From Pseudomonadota bacterium (GTDB taxonomy: Bacteria > Pseudomonadota > Gammaproteobacteria > Pseudomonadales > Azotimanducaceae), in the NCBI GenBank assembly GCA_039198065.1, contig JBCCTU010000004.1:257795-321794 (forward strand): a DNA stretch of 64,000 bases, written 5' to 3'. The stretch's first letter is position 1, and the number at the start of each line of letters is the position of its first letter. A model generated the notes under the pieces. It was given only the letters and a program-made list of their open reading frames with translations, was not told the origin of the DNA and did not search any database. Below are positions 50,883-60,499 of the stretch, piece by piece. The position numbers and the translations under genes are program-made.

Positions 50883-51371
50883 TCAGCTCCCGGCGTCTTC
50901 GGCGAGGTGTGCTTCCAAAAACCAAAGCGTTTGATCCAGAAAGCGCGAGGTACCGGTTAGCAGGTCCGCGGTATCGGCGTCGCCGGCATCATTGGCGACG
51001 TCGATGCCCGACCGCACGCTGTTGCCGAGGGCCGCAAAGCGATCAGCAAGCGCCGTCAGATGGGCGTTGCCGTCGCCCGCGTCTTCCGGATAGGCGTCCA
51101 ACCGGCTGCTCGCGGAAACGCCCTGAGCCCGACCGTCCGGCAGCGCTCCGAGGGTCGCGATGCGTTCCGCCATGCTGTCGACCTCGGCATCCAGCGGGGC
51201 GACGAAGGTATCGAACAGTTCATGCAACTGTTGAAAGCGTGGCCCGCGCACGGTCCAGTGCGCCTGCTTAACCGCCAGGCGTAGGTCGATGGTGTCGACC
51301 AGGAGCGCCTGAAGCGTTTCTACCGAGGTCTTGCGGGTGTTGTCGCTCAAGCCCAGTCGTGTTGCTCGCAT
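50883..51371 (-). CDS. dps: Dps-family DNA starvation/stationary-phase protection protein
   Basis: 162 aa from the ATG at 51371, with GGAGA 6 nt upstream. The ferroxidase region reads HWTVRGPRFQQLHELFD. The longer track ORF 50883-51668 overlaps the epimerase gene. Confidence 0.88.
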   Translation of the reverse strand: MRATRLGLSDNTRKTSVETLQALLVDTIDLRLAVKQAHWTVRGPRFQQLHELFDTFVAPLDAEVDSMAERIATLGALPDGRAQGVSASSRLDAYPEDAGDGNAHLTALADRFAALGNSVRSGIDVANDAGDADTADLLTGTSRFLDQTLWFLEAHLAEDAGS

Positions 51372-51435
51372 TAAGGTCTCCAACGGGTGTGCGTGGCGGG
51401 GAAGATATAACTTGCATCGTGAAGCGGTCTGCGTC

Positions 51436-52428
51436 TCAACCCCAGAGTTCGGTGGTCGGCGCGAACACCCAGCCGTCGCTGAACCGCATCGCAGCCGGGC
51501 GATCGGACGCCAGCATGGTCGGTGAGTCGATGTCGACGACCCGAGCCTCGGCTCCGAGCCAGAACGCGGGTGCTGCGGCGAGCGACGTTCCGCCGTTGCT
51601 GCCGACCATGTAGTCGATGCCACGTGCTTTGGCGTCTTCAGTGAGAGCGAGCGCTTCCGTGAGCCCACCGCACTTGTCGAGCTTGATGTTGATCACCGAG
51701 TAACCGGGCGGTAGCACCGCCAGCGAGTGCCGGTCGGTGAGGCCTTCGTCGGCGCAGAGGGGGATCGGACTGGCGACATCGAGCAGGTTCGTGTCCCGCC
51801 CCGGCGCCAGCGGTTGCTCGATGAGCCGCACCCGGCTGTCGGCGAGGGCCGGCACCATGCGAGCGAAGTCGTCGGCGGTCCAGCCACCGTTCGCATCGAC
51901 GATCAGTTCATGGTCCGGGCAAGCCGTACGAACCGCAGCGAGCCGGTCGCGGTCCTGCGTTGCCGTGGTGCCGAGCTTCAGCTTTAAAACGCTTGCGCTC
52001 GCGACGAGCGACTGGGCTTGGGCTGCCATTACCGCTGGTTCGTCCAGGGACACCGTGCCTGTGATCGGTAAGCGCGTCAGGTGCAAGGGACCGAGCCGGG
52101 CGGCTACCGACACCTGGCTTCGCTTCGCTTCGAGATCCCAGAGCGCGCAGTCGATGGCGTTGCGCAGGGGGCCGGCCTCGAGCAGGGTGGCTAGGCGGTC
52201 GCGATCCAGCGCAGGGGCGTGTGCTTCGAGAAACGCCCGCGCTCGATCCCGGAGCCCGTTGGCGCGATCCTGATCGTACTCGTGTGCCTCGCATTCGCCG
52301 CGGCCGATCCAGGGCCCCTCCTGCAAGGTGACGACCAGGTTAAGCGCGTGGGTGAACGTCCCGCGGGCAATGATGAACGGGCGCTGATAGGGCCAGCGCT
52401 CGAGTTCGACGGACCAACGCCGGCTCAC
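51436..52428 (-). CDS. Dipeptide epimerase (enolase superfamily, MLE subgroup; L-Ala-D/L-Glu epimerase-like)
   Basis: 330 aa with a KxK motif (VLKLKLG), DANGGW, IEQP, CADE and a second catalytic Lys (NIKLDKCGG). Confidence 0.8.
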   Translation of the reverse strand: MSRRWSVELERWPYQRPFIIARGTFTHALNLVVTLQEGPWIGRGECEAHEYDQDRANGLRDRARAFLEAHAPALDRDRLATLLEAGPLRNAIDCALWDLEAKRSQVSVAARLGPLHLTRLPITGTVSLDEPAVMAAQAQSLVASASVLKLKLGTTATQDRDRLAAVRTACPDHELIVDANGGWTADDFARMVPALADSRVRLIEQPLAPGRDTNLLDVASPIPLCADEGLTDRHSLAVLPPGYSVINIKLDKCGGLTEALALTEDAKARGIDYMVGSNGGTSLAAAPAFWLGAEARVVDIDSPTMLASDRPAAMRFSDGWVFAPTTELWG

Positions 52429-52515
52429 GGCACGGGCCTGGAGAGGGCCTGGCTACGGTGCATTGACGAGGGGCTGCTAACGATAGCGGCGACAGAGTAC
52501 TCCGGGTGTTGTTGC

Positions 52516-53325
52516 ATGGTTCGAATCATGACTGTTTTCGGAATCCTGGAAATTCGATGGCGCGCGTGGTTTGGAGTCACCGCCCTGGGGCTTGCGCTCC
52601 TCGGCTGTGGCGCCCAGTCGCCACCGTCAACGGTGCAGGACGATGCGCAAGCCCCAAAGCGCGCGCTAGAAACCAGCAACGAACCCCGCTACGAAAGCCG
52701 CCGGCCGAGCCGCGACGGGATTGGCAAAGTGTACCTGGGGCGGGAAATTTCCCAGGTTATGGGGCACCTCGGCGCCGGCTGGTTGGAACGCCGCGGTCGC
52801 GCGCAACAGGAGCGGACGGATCTGCTTATCGAACGGTTGCCGTTGCAACCGGATTCGGTGGTCGCAGACATCGGTGCCGGAACTGGCTACTTCACCTTTC
52901 CCGTAGCCGCGCGGGTGCCCGAGGGTCAGGTCTACGCCGTCGACATCCAGCCGGAAATGCTCTCGATTGTGCAACAGCGGAAGGCCGCGCGCGGCGTTGA
53001 CAACGTCGTGACCGTGCTTGGCACCGAAACCTCGCCGCAGCTTGAGCCGGCATCGATCGATCTCGCCTTCATCGTCGATGCCTATCACGAGTTTTCCCAT
53101 CCGAAGGAAATGGGCCAGGGGCTCATGGCTGCGCTGCGGCCCGGCGGTCGGTTGGTGCTCATTGAATACCGTGCGGAGGACCCGCGCGTGCCGATTAAGC
53201 CACTGCACAAGATGACCGAACGCCAGGCGCGCCGGGAGATGGCGGCCCTGGGTCTCGAATGGGAGCGCACTGAGGACTACCTGCCGCAACAGCACGTGCT
53301 GATCTTTCGTAAGCCCGAAAGCTAG
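52516..53325 (+). CDS. Class I SAM-dependent methyltransferase with a lipoprotein-type signal peptide
   Basis: ATG at 52516 (alternative at 52528). The lipobox is in …WFGVTALGLALLGCGAQS. Motif I is VADIGAGTGYFT. The C-terminal half has the Methyltransf_11/25-like pattern. The upstream part of track ORF 52219-53325 is antisense to the epimerase gene. Confidence 0.75.
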   Translation: MVRIMTVFGILEIRWRAWFGVTALGLALLGCGAQSPPSTVQDDAQAPKRALETSNEPRYESRRPSRDGIGKVYLGREISQVMGHLGAGWLERRGRAQQERTDLLIERLPLQPDSVVADIGAGTGYFTFPVAARVPEGQVYAVDIQPEMLSIVQQRKAARGVDNVVTVLGTETSPQLEPASIDLAFIVDAYHEFSHPKEMGQGLMAALRPGGRLVLIEYRAEDPRVPIKPLHKMTERQARREMAALGLEWERTEDYLPQQHVLIFRKPES

Positions 53326-54218
53326 CCTGATCGCACCACGCGAAAGCCAATGTGGTTGGTAGAAAAGTCGCGGTCCTGGCTTTGCGCGCTGTCGGGGCGG
53401 TAGCGCGCGCAGTAGTTTGCGGCGCAAAGAAAGGAGCCGCCTTTGATCTGGTTCTGCGACGCGTTTACCGCCGAGTCGGTCCACTCCCAGACGTTGCCGA
53501 TGAGATCAACGGCGCCGATGCGGTCCGGACCAAAACAACCGACGGGGGCAGTGGCGTAGAAGCCATCCTCAGCGGTGTTCGACAGGGGAAACAGGCCCTG
53601 CCAGGTGTTGGCGCGCGGACGACCGTCATCGGCGTAGGCACCGGAGGTCGCGCGCAGCTCATCGGGTAAACCGCGGCGGGCCGCGTATTCCCATTCCAGG
53701 TCGGTCGGGAGCCGGGCACCAGCCCAGCGCGCGTAGGCCTGCGCGTCGCGCAACGACACGTGCACCACCGGATGATCTTCGCGGCCGGCGATCGTGGATC
53801 CTGCACCCTCGGGCTGCCGCCAGCTGGCGCTGCGATCGAGCGTCCAGGGCTGTGGGCTTGCACTGCCTTCGGGATGTTTGAAGACCGCCGAACCCCGCGG
53901 TGTCATGCCGTCGGCTTCGAGCTGTTCGGCATCGGTAAGGTAGCCCGTCGCGGCGACGAAGGCGGCGAACTGGGCGTTGGTGACTTCGTGCGCGAGCAGT
54001 TCGAAGGCGGCAATGCTCTGGCCCTGGTTCTCGCTCGGGTTACCGGTTCGCGCGCCGCGCTCGAAGGCGCCGGTTGCGCCGGAAAACGTCCCTGCGGGAA
54101 CAGAGACGAAGGCGTTGAGACTACCCGGTAGAGGCGCGCAGCTTGCCGGTGAGTCGGTTGCGTGCCGTGAGCAGCTCACGAACGAGGGTAACAGCAGGAT
54201 CAGAACAAGCTGTCGCAC
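53322..54218 (-). CDS. Formylglycine-generating enzyme family (SUMF1/EgtB/PvdO) protein, exported lipoprotein
   Basis: 298 aa with the signal MRQLVLILLLPSFVSC. FGE-sulfatase domain motifs include HPVVHVS, RLPTDLEWEYAAR and GNVWEWT. GGSFLCAANYCARYR retains the C-X4-C pair of bona fide FGEs. Confidence 0.85.
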   Translation of the reverse strand: MRQLVLILLLPSFVSCSRHATDSPASCAPLPGSLNAFVSVPAGTFSGATGAFERGARTGNPSENQGQSIAAFELLAHEVTNAQFAAFVAATGYLTDAEQLEADGMTPRGSAVFKHPEGSASPQPWTLDRSASWRQPEGAGSTIAGREDHPVVHVSLRDAQAYARWAGARLPTDLEWEYAARRGLPDELRATSGAYADDGRPRANTWQGLFPLSNTAEDGFYATAPVGCFGPDRIGAVDLIGNVWEWTDSAVNASQNQIKGGSFLCAANYCARYRPDSAQSQDRDFSTNHIGFRVVRSG

Positions 54219-54235
54219 CCTGCGCCGGTCGATGC

Positions 54236-54514
54236 TCAGCGTTTACGTCCGCCGAGGACCGCCACCAGTTCCTCGACTTTTTCTCGCCGGGCATCGACAT
54301 CGTCGCCACCGAGGGCGTGTTCGACGCAGGTGAGCAGATGCTCATCGAGCACGACTTTCTCCAGGCTGCCAAGTGCTGCCTTGATGGCGTGGATCTGCCG
54401 CACGACGTCGATGCAGTAGCGGTCGTCCTCGATCATTTTCGCGACACCGCGCACCTGTCCTTCGATCCGTGCGAGGCGTTTCTTTGATCCTTCTTTTGCA
54501 ACGGGACTCATCAT
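54236..54514 (-). CDS. CsoR/RcnR-family metal-sensing repressor with CsoR-type C-H-C ligand fingerprint
   Basis: 92 aa: …RLARIEGQVRGVAKMIEDDRYCIDVVRQIHAIKAAL…DEHLLTC…. The Cys in YCIDV plus His-X3-Cys matches the Cu(I)-CsoR pattern. Confidence 0.85.
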   Translation of the reverse strand: MMSPVAKEGSKKRLARIEGQVRGVAKMIEDDRYCIDVVRQIHAIKAALGSLEKVVLDEHLLTCVEHALGGDDVDARREKVEELVAVLGGRKR

Positions 54515-54527
54515 TGCCGGGTACTCG

Positions 54528-55364
54528 TCAACTCAGACTGCTCACGGCGGTGGCGCTTCCGAGCAGCATCCACAGCGCCGTTGCCGTCATGATCAGGTTT
54601 TCCGCGAGCGACACGGGGCCAAGCGGTACATTTGAATTACCCCCCACGCAGGCACAGCGAAGCGCGCGCTTCTCGACGTACACGGCCTGCACAACCGACA
54701 AGGTGCCGATCGTACCCAGCACCAGCGCCACGGCGCCGGTGACGGCAGGGGCGATGCGCAGCAGCATCAGCAGCCCGACTCCGGTTTCAAGAAACGGGTA
54801 CGCGACGGCGTAGCGCAGCGATCGTCGGGCCACAAGGTCGTAGGTCAGAAACTGGCTGACGAAGCCACGCAGATCGCGCAGCTTCTGCACACCGAGCAGA
54901 CACATGCTGAAGGCGACAAAGTCGAGCAGGGTGTCCGCGCTCCACAGCGGCAAGGCCTGGCGCCACTGCAGGCCGAGGCTCAAGGCGACCGCCAGGGCAA
55001 ACAGCACCAGCACCGGCCGGTAGCTCAGCTCACCAACCTTCGCGGCGGCGCCCAAATGGTTTTCGAGATCCGCCAGACCGCCGATGCGTTGACCTTCGAT
55101 GAAGATCTGGGGTGTTGTTGCGACGCCAAACCGCGCCTTAAACGCATCCACCTCGCTCCGGCTGCGAAGCTCGTCATCGTCGACCTCGAAGCCGCGGGCC
55201 TTCAGCAGCGCCCGCGCTCGCAGCCCAGCCGGGCAGAGGTGTTCTGCGGTGGCCATGCGAACGAGATGGGCGGTCCGCGGTCGTTGCTCGATCGGCGCGC
55301 GGTCGTCTTTGTGGGCGCTGGCGGCGCCGTTGCCGGGGCTGGTTGGGTTTAGGGTGGTTCTCAT
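54528..55364 (-). CDS. Glutaredoxin-like domain fused to a MauE/DoxX-type membrane domain
   Basis: The N-terminus reads …AHLVRMATAEHLCPAGLRARALLKARGFEVDDDELRSRSEVDAFKARFGVATTPQIFIEGQRIGGLADL, a Grx fold with a single Cys. It is followed by 4-5 TM helices. I chose the start at ATG 55364, but the ATG at 55427 is possible. Confidence 0.7.
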   Translation of the reverse strand: MRTTLNPTSPGNGAASAHKDDRAPIEQRPRTAHLVRMATAEHLCPAGLRARALLKARGFEVDDDELRSRSEVDAFKARFGVATTPQIFIEGQRIGGLADLENHLGAAAKVGELSYRPVLVLFALAVALSLGLQWRQALPLWSADTLLDFVAFSMCLLGVQKLRDLRGFVSQFLTYDLVARRSLRYAVAYPFLETGVGLLMLLRIAPAVTGAVALVLGTIGTLSVVQAVYVEKRALRCACVGGNSNVPLGPVSLAENLIMTATALWMLLGSATAVSSLS

Positions 55365-55386
55365 ATACCCATACAGGGTATGGGTA
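55365..55386. promoter_or_regulatory. Candidate CsoR operator: ATACCC-N5-GGGTAT nested in TACCCATAC-N3-GTATGGGTA
   Basis: Perfect 9-bp inverted repeat at 55366-55386, immediately upstream of (or within the first codons of) the first gene of the csoR-containing operon. ATACCC…GGGTAT resembles known CsoR boxes. Confidence 0.45.
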
Positions 55387-55514
55387 GCCGCGGTTTTCTG
55401 CAAGCAACGGCGCGGTATTCGGATCAAAAACGGTACGCCTTACCGCGTGACCGGTTTAAACTCCCGTCCGCGACTTGAACGTCGCGCAACCGGAGGCGTG
55501 CATCGAATCCGATC

Positions 55515-56012
55515 ATGGCGACCGATCCTGCCATTTTGCGAACCGCTGATGACGAGCACTGGATGCGTCTGGCGCTTGAACAGGCGAGCGTCGCGGCTCG
55601 GTACGGCGAAGTACCGGTCGGCGCTGTGCTCGTGCGGGGCGACGAGTGCCTCGCCATTGCGCATAACGGTCCGATCAGCCGGCTTGATCCGACGGCTCAC
55701 GCCGAAATCCAGGTTCTAAGGGAAGGCGCGCGGGCGATCAGCAATTACCGCCTGCTCGACACGACGCTGTACGTTACGATCGAGCCCTGCGCGATGTGCG
55801 TTGGTGCTATGGTGCACGCCCGAATTGGTCGACTGGTGTATGGCGCACCGGAGCCGAAGTCCGGAGCGGTCGTAAGCGCGATGAGCCTTCTCGAGCAACC
55901 CTGTTTCAACCATCAGATCGAAGTATCGGGCGGCGTCCTCAGCGATGAAGCCCAACGGCTGATGCAGAACTTTTTCGCCGCCCGCCGCAGGACACCGACC
56001 CTGGCGGGATGA
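55515..56012 (+). CDS. tadA: tRNA adenosine(34) deaminase
   Basis: 165 aa with CDA Zn motifs HAE (AHAEIQVL) and PCAMC ([11 protein letters not shown]). Confidence 0.92.
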   Translation: MATDPAILRTADDEHWMRLALEQASVAARYGEVPVGAVLVRGDECLAIAHNGPISRLDPTAHAEIQVLREGARAISNYRLLDTTLYVTIEPCAMCVGAMVHARIGRLVYGAPEPKSGAVVSAMSLLEQPCFNHQIEVSGGVLSDEAQRLMQNFFAARRRTPTLAG

Positions 56013-59000
56013 GTCCACGCGAGCTGCTCCTTCTTGCCGGGCCCGACGCCTGGCCCGCCCACCGACTTTCCGCTCTAACCCGCGCCCTGCCGGAGGCTGG
56101 CCGTTGGCCGGAACTCAGTGCACAGACTCGCTACCTGGTGAGTCTGTCGGATGCGCTGAGCGAGCCTGAGCACGCCAGGTTGCAGTCGGTACTGCAGGCA
56201 TCTTCCGCGGTACCGCAGCAGCAGCGGGAGCAGGAGCGGTACGTTGCCCCCCGGCGCGGAACAATCTCCAGCTGGTCGTCGAAAACGGGCGATATTCTTC
56301 GGAACCTTGGCCTTGCTAAGGTCACGCGGGTGGAACGTCTGGTTGGCTGGTCTTCCGCCGAGGCGGCGCGGCCGCTCTCCCACACTCAGTGGCAACAGCT
56401 GGCGACCGGCGTTGTTGACCGCATGACCGAAGCGCTGATCGATGCGGCAGCGCTCGAGACGCAGTTCCTGCCTCGGGCCGCGGATCCGCTGGCGTTGGTG
56501 CCACTGCTCGAGGTGGGGCGGGCCGCGCTCGAGGCGGCGAACGAGCGCTACGGTTTGGCCTTAAACGCACTGGAACTCGACTACCTCGATACCGCGTATC
56601 GACACTTAGGCCGCAACCCGACGGACGTCGAGTTGATGATGTTTGCTCAAGCAAACTCAGAACACTGCCGCCATAAGGTGTTCAACACCCAGTGGCGCGT
56701 TGATGGTGTGGACGAGACCCTGTCGCTGTTCGACCGCATTCGCCACACCTTTCGTTCGACCAACGGCTACGGCGTGTTGAGCGCCTACGCGGATAACGCC
56801 GCTGTGGTTGAGGGGCCAACGCTGCCGCAGCTGATGATCGATCCTCAGACGCACGTCTACCGGTTTGTTACGGCGCCGGTGCATCTGTTGATGAAGGTGG
56901 AAACCCATAATCACCCTACCGGCATTGCGCCTTACCCGGGAGCGGCAACGGGCTCCGGTGGGGAGATCCGTGACGAAGGGGCGGTCGGTCGTGGTTCAAA
57001 ACCCAAGGCCGGCCTGGTGGGCTACGTAACCAATCACCTGCGGCTGCCCGGCCACAGCGAAGCCTGGGAACGGGACCTGGATTCGCCGACTCCCGAGCAC
57101 ATGGCAACGGCCCTTGAGATCATGACGGACGGGCCGCTCGGCGGGGCAAACTACAACAACGAATACGGCCGCCCGGCCTTGACCGGTTTCTTTCGAACCT
57201 TCGAATCGGACCGCGGAACGCCCACCGACGGGGAGCGCTGGGGCTACACCAAACCGCTGATGCTTGCTGGGGGCGTTGGCAACGTCGCCGAAGCGCACGT
57301 TCAACCGCTGCCCGCGGGGGCGTCTCATCCCCTCGTCGTTCTGGGTGGCCCCGCCATGCTCATTGGTCTCGGGGGCGGCGCGGCGTCAAGCCAGGCCTCG
57401 GACGCGGCCACGGCGGAGCTCGACTTTGCGTCGGTGCAGCGGGATAACGCCGAACTCGAGCGACGCTGTCAGGAGGTCATCGACGCCTGCTGTGCGCTTG
57501 GCGATGCCAACCCGATCGTACTGATTCATGACGTCGGCGCCGGCGGCTTATCGAACGCGCTGCCAGAACTCGTGGCGGACCTCGAGCGGGGTGCGGCCAT
57601 TGATCTGACCCGCGTGCCTTCGGCGGACCCCAGCCTGTCGCCGCTCGAGCTGTGGTGTAACGAGGCGCAGGAGCGGTACGTGTTGGCGCTCGTGGGTGAC
57701 GGTCTCGATGTGTTCGCGCGGATTTGCGCCCGAGAGCGATGCCCCTACGCCGTCGTAGGCGAGGCCACCGCCGCTGCTGCGTTGACCGTGGTTGAACCGG
57801 CGCAGCCGCAGATGCCCGTTGACCTGCCGCTGGATGTCCTGCTCGGTAAACCGCCGCTGTTGCCGCGCGCCTTTGAGCGGGCAGCGCCGGGTAGCGGCTC
57901 GTCAGACCCGTTAGACCCTGCGGCTCTGGCGGCGCTGGATCTCGGCGAGGTTGTGCATCGTGTGCTCGGGTTTCCGGCGGTGGCGAGTAAGCAGTTTCTC
58001 GTCACCATCGGCGACCGATCCATAACCGGACTGGTGCTGCGGGATCAGATGGTCGGACCCTGGCAAGTGCCGGTGGCGGATGTTGCCGTCACGGCGGCCG
58101 GGTACGTGGGTTACGCCGCCGAGGCCTTTGCCGTTGGCGAACGCCCGGCCGGTGCCGTGTGGGAACCGGCGGCCTCAGCGCGCATGGCGATCGGTGAAGC
58201 GCTGACGAACCTAGCGGCCTGCGGTGGTATCGATCGCCGGCGTATTGTGCTTTCGGCTAACTGGATGGCCGCGGTCGATCGTCCGCGCCAGGCCCAGGCG
58301 TTGTTTGATGCGGTGACGAGCGTCGGGCTTGAGTTCTGTCCAGCGCTCGAACTCGCCATACCGGTCGGTAAAGACAGTCTGTCCATGTCGACGCGCTGGC
58401 GAACGGGCGATGACGCCGCCGACGAGCAACGGGTGACGAGTCCGCTGACTCTGGTCGCCAGTGCCTTTGCGCCATCGGCGGATGGTCGCTGCGTCGCGAC
58501 GCCGGAGCTCGTGCGCGAGCCGGCGACGCAGCTTGCGTTGCTTACGCCCGAGCCCGTCCGGTCTCGCCTTGGCGGCAGTGTGCTGGCGCAGGTGTTCGAT
58601 CTGCTGCCCACGGCGGTTGCGGACGTCGATGCCCCCGCGGCGCTGGCGGCGCTGTTTGATTTCATTCAACGCCTGCACGCTGAGGGTCAGCTGCTGGCGT
58701 ACCACGATCGATCCGATGGTGGATTGCTCGCTGCCGTGGCGGAGATGCAGTTCGCAAGCCGCACCGGCGTGCGGCTCGAGCTCGATGCGCTGCTGGCACT
58801 GCAGACAGATGCCTCAGATGTTGTCGGTGCTCTTTTCGGAGCTCTGTTTAACGAAGAGCTTGGGGCCGTGGTTCAACTTAAGGACGCTGACTTCGAAGCC
58901 CTCAGGGAGGCCGCCGGCGAGGTGGGTTTGGCGCTCATTCCCGTTGGAACGCCCGCCACGGAAGAAACGCTGACGATCGTTGCCCAGCAGCGTGTGCTGT

Positions 59001-59953
59001 TCGAAGCCTCCCGGGTTGAGCTTGAGCAGCGCTGGAGCGCGGTAAGCCATGGCGTTCGTCAGTTGCGCGACCATCCAGCGGCTGCCGTGGCGGAGTTCGA
59101 ACGCATCGCGGCCGAGGATCCGGGGCTGTCGGCCACACTGACCTTTGACCCCACCGACGACGTCGCTCGACCCTTTTACATCGGACGCGATCGGGAACCG
59201 GTAGCCATACTGCGAGAGCAGGGTGTTAACGGTCACCGCGAGATGGCCGTCGCCTTTGAACGCTCGGGATTCCTGTCGATCGATGTACACATGACGGATC
59301 TACAGACCGGGCGCGTAAAACTCGATGACTTTGCACTGTTTGCCGCCTGCGGCGGGTTCAGCTACGGCGACACGCTCGGCGCCGGCGGTGGGTGGGCGGC
59401 GAGTATCCGCTTCGATGATGCGTTGCGCGATCGGTTCCAACGGTTCTTTGAGTCGGATCGCTTGGCGCTTGGGGTGTGCAACGGGTGTCAGATGCTGGCT
59501 AACCTGAGAGACCTGATTCCCGGTGCCGCGCGGTGGCCGGCCCTTAAGCCTAACGCGTCGGAACGCTTTGAAGCCCGGAGCCTGCTCGTGCAGGTGAGCG
59601 ATGCTGCGGCGCAGTCGCCGTGGTTCAGCGGCATGGTAGGCAGTGTGCTACCGGTACCGGTGGCGCACGGGGAGGGCCGGGTGGATGCGGAACCCATGGA
59701 CTCCGACACGGGCGGCGTGTGCCTGCGTTACGTTGATCATGACCACCAGGCAACGGAACGCTATCCCTTCAATCCCAACGGGTCAGTCGCTGGCGTAGCC
59801 GGCTTCAGTGCCGCCGGTGGTCGAGTCGTTGCCATGATGCCGCACCCCGAGCGGGTGATTCGGTCGGCCAGCAACAGTTGGAAGGACCCGTCCTGGGGCG
59901 AGGACGGGCCCTGGCTGCGCCTGTTCCGGAACGCACGCGTCGCGCTGCGTTAA
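56009..59953 (+). CDS. purL: Phosphoribosylformylglycinamidine synthase (large single-chain PurL)
   Basis: 1314 aa with N-terminal PurS-like, central PurM-like duplicated, and C-terminal GATase (…GVCNGCQML…, …MMPHPER…) domains. Confidence 0.97.
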   Translation: MSPRELLLLAGPDAWPAHRLSALTRALPEAGRWPELSAQTRYLVSLSDALSEPEHARLQSVLQASSAVPQQQREQERYVAPRRGTISSWSSKTGDILRNLGLAKVTRVERLVGWSSAEAARPLSHTQWQQLATGVVDRMTEALIDAAALETQFLPRAADPLALVPLLEVGRAALEAANERYGLALNALELDYLDTAYRHLGRNPTDVELMMFAQANSEHCRHKVFNTQWRVDGVDETLSLFDRIRHTFRSTNGYGVLSAYADNAAVVEGPTLPQLMIDPQTHVYRFVTAPVHLLMKVETHNHPTGIAPYPGAATGSGGEIRDEGAVGRGSKPKAGLVGYVTNHLRLPGHSEAWERDLDSPTPEHMATALEIMTDGPLGGANYNNEYGRPALTGFFRTFESDRGTPTDGERWGYTKPLMLAGGVGNVAEAHVQPLPAGASHPLVVLGGPAMLIGLGGGAASSQASDAATAELDFASVQRDNAELERRCQEVIDACCALGDANPIVLIHDVGAGGLSNALPELVADLERGAAIDLTRVPSADPSLSPLELWCNEAQERYVLALVGDGLDVFARICARERCPYAVVGEATAAAALTVVEPAQPQMPVDLPLDVLLGKPPLLPRAFERAAPGSGSSDPLDPAALAALDLGEVVHRVLGFPAVASKQFLVTIGDRSITGLVLRDQMVGPWQVPVADVAVTAAGYVGYAAEAFAVGERPAGAVWEPAASARMAIGEALTNLAACGGIDRRRIVLSANWMAAVDRPRQAQALFDAVTSVGLEFCPALELAIPVGKDSLSMSTRWRTGDDAADEQRVTSPLTLVASAFAPSADGRCVATPELVREPATQLALLTPEPVRSRLGGSVLAQVFDLLPTAVADVDAPAALAALFDFIQRLHAEGQLLAYHDRSDGGLLAAVAEMQFASRTGVRLELDALLALQTDASDVVGALFGALFNEELGAVVQLKDADFEALREAAGEVGLALIPVGTPATEETLTIVAQQRVLFEASRVELEQRWSAVSHGVRQLRDHPAAAVAEFERIAAEDPGLSATLTFDPTDDVARPFYIGRDREPVAILREQGVNGHREMAVAFERSGFLSIDVHMTDLQTGRVKLDDFALFAACGGFSYGDTLGAGGGWAASIRFDDALRDRFQRFFESDRLALGVCNGCQMLANLRDLIPGAARWPALKPNASERFEARSLLVQVSDAAAQSPWFSGMVGSVLPVPVAHGEGRVDAEPMDSDTGGVCLRYVDHDHQATERYPFNPNGSVAGVAGFSAAGGRVVAMMPHPERVIRSASNSWKDPSWGEDGPWLRLFRNARVALR

Positions 59954-59980
59954 CAGCCCGCACCCGCGTTCAAGGCTTTG

Positions 59981-60169
59981 TCAGGCGGGAATCATGTAAA
60001 GATTGCAGCAGTCGTCGTCGACGCTTTCGTCGCCGACGCTTTCGTCGCCGTTGGCACTGCGGGCGGGAGCCGAATTCACCAGCGTGAGCAGCCGCTCAGC
60101 GGTGTCGTTTGTCAGCGCGTTGTCAACCAGGACGTCCTCGTCGATGACGTAAGCCAGGTTGGGGATCAT
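59981..60169 (-). CDS. Small acidic hypothetical protein with an internal tandem duplication and a C-terminal Cys-Cys
   Basis: ATG at 60169 lies 5 nt after GGAGG. The track uses the TTG at 60181. The 62-aa product is MIPNLAYVIDEDVLVDNALTNDTAERLLTLVNSAPARSANGDESVGDESVDDDCCNLYMIPA. A 15-bp unit (gacgctttcgtcgcc) occurs twice in tandem on the + strand. Confidence 0.4.
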   Translation of the reverse strand: MIPNLAYVIDEDVLVDNALTNDTAERLLTLVNSAPARSANGDESVGDESVDDDCCNLYMIPA

Positions 60170-60306
60170 GGAAGCCTCCAAGAGTGTAAGTTCGGTTGTC
60201 GATACCCTTAGCGGCGCGATGGGGAGCCGGTGCGCCGCGAGCCAACCGGTCTACGGTTGGTGTTCAGAATGGTGCAATCGGCAGGCCAACGTTTAGGTTC
60301 ATCTGC

Positions 60307-60328
60307 AATTCCTGAAATTTCAGGAATT
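60307..60328. promoter_or_regulatory. Perfect 22-bp palindrome AATTCCTGAAATTTCAGGAATT between the small acidic ORF and dinB
   Basis: The palindrome has no spacer and sits in an AT-rich patch of a GC-rich genome. It is 172 nt upstream of dinB and 138 nt upstream of the divergent small ORF. Coordinates were cross-checked against track ORF 60264-60461. Confidence 0.35.
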
Positions 60329-60499
60329 TATGAAAACCAACGGCGAGGGCCGCCCCTTCGTGCCGTTCGGTGCCGTGCTGCGACGCAACATTCCGGTGCG
60401 TAGTATCGAGCCCGCGCGTCCTCTTCGTGCAAATTTCCGGTGACAGTTCAATGACATGCAAGCAACTTCGCGATCATCGTCGACCGCTCCTGGACTAGG

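Noticed and set aside
60307-60328. 22-bp palindrome as a bidirectional intrinsic terminator
   Set aside because: It has no loop and no flanking U/A tracts. It lies upstream of, not downstream of, both neighbouring genes.
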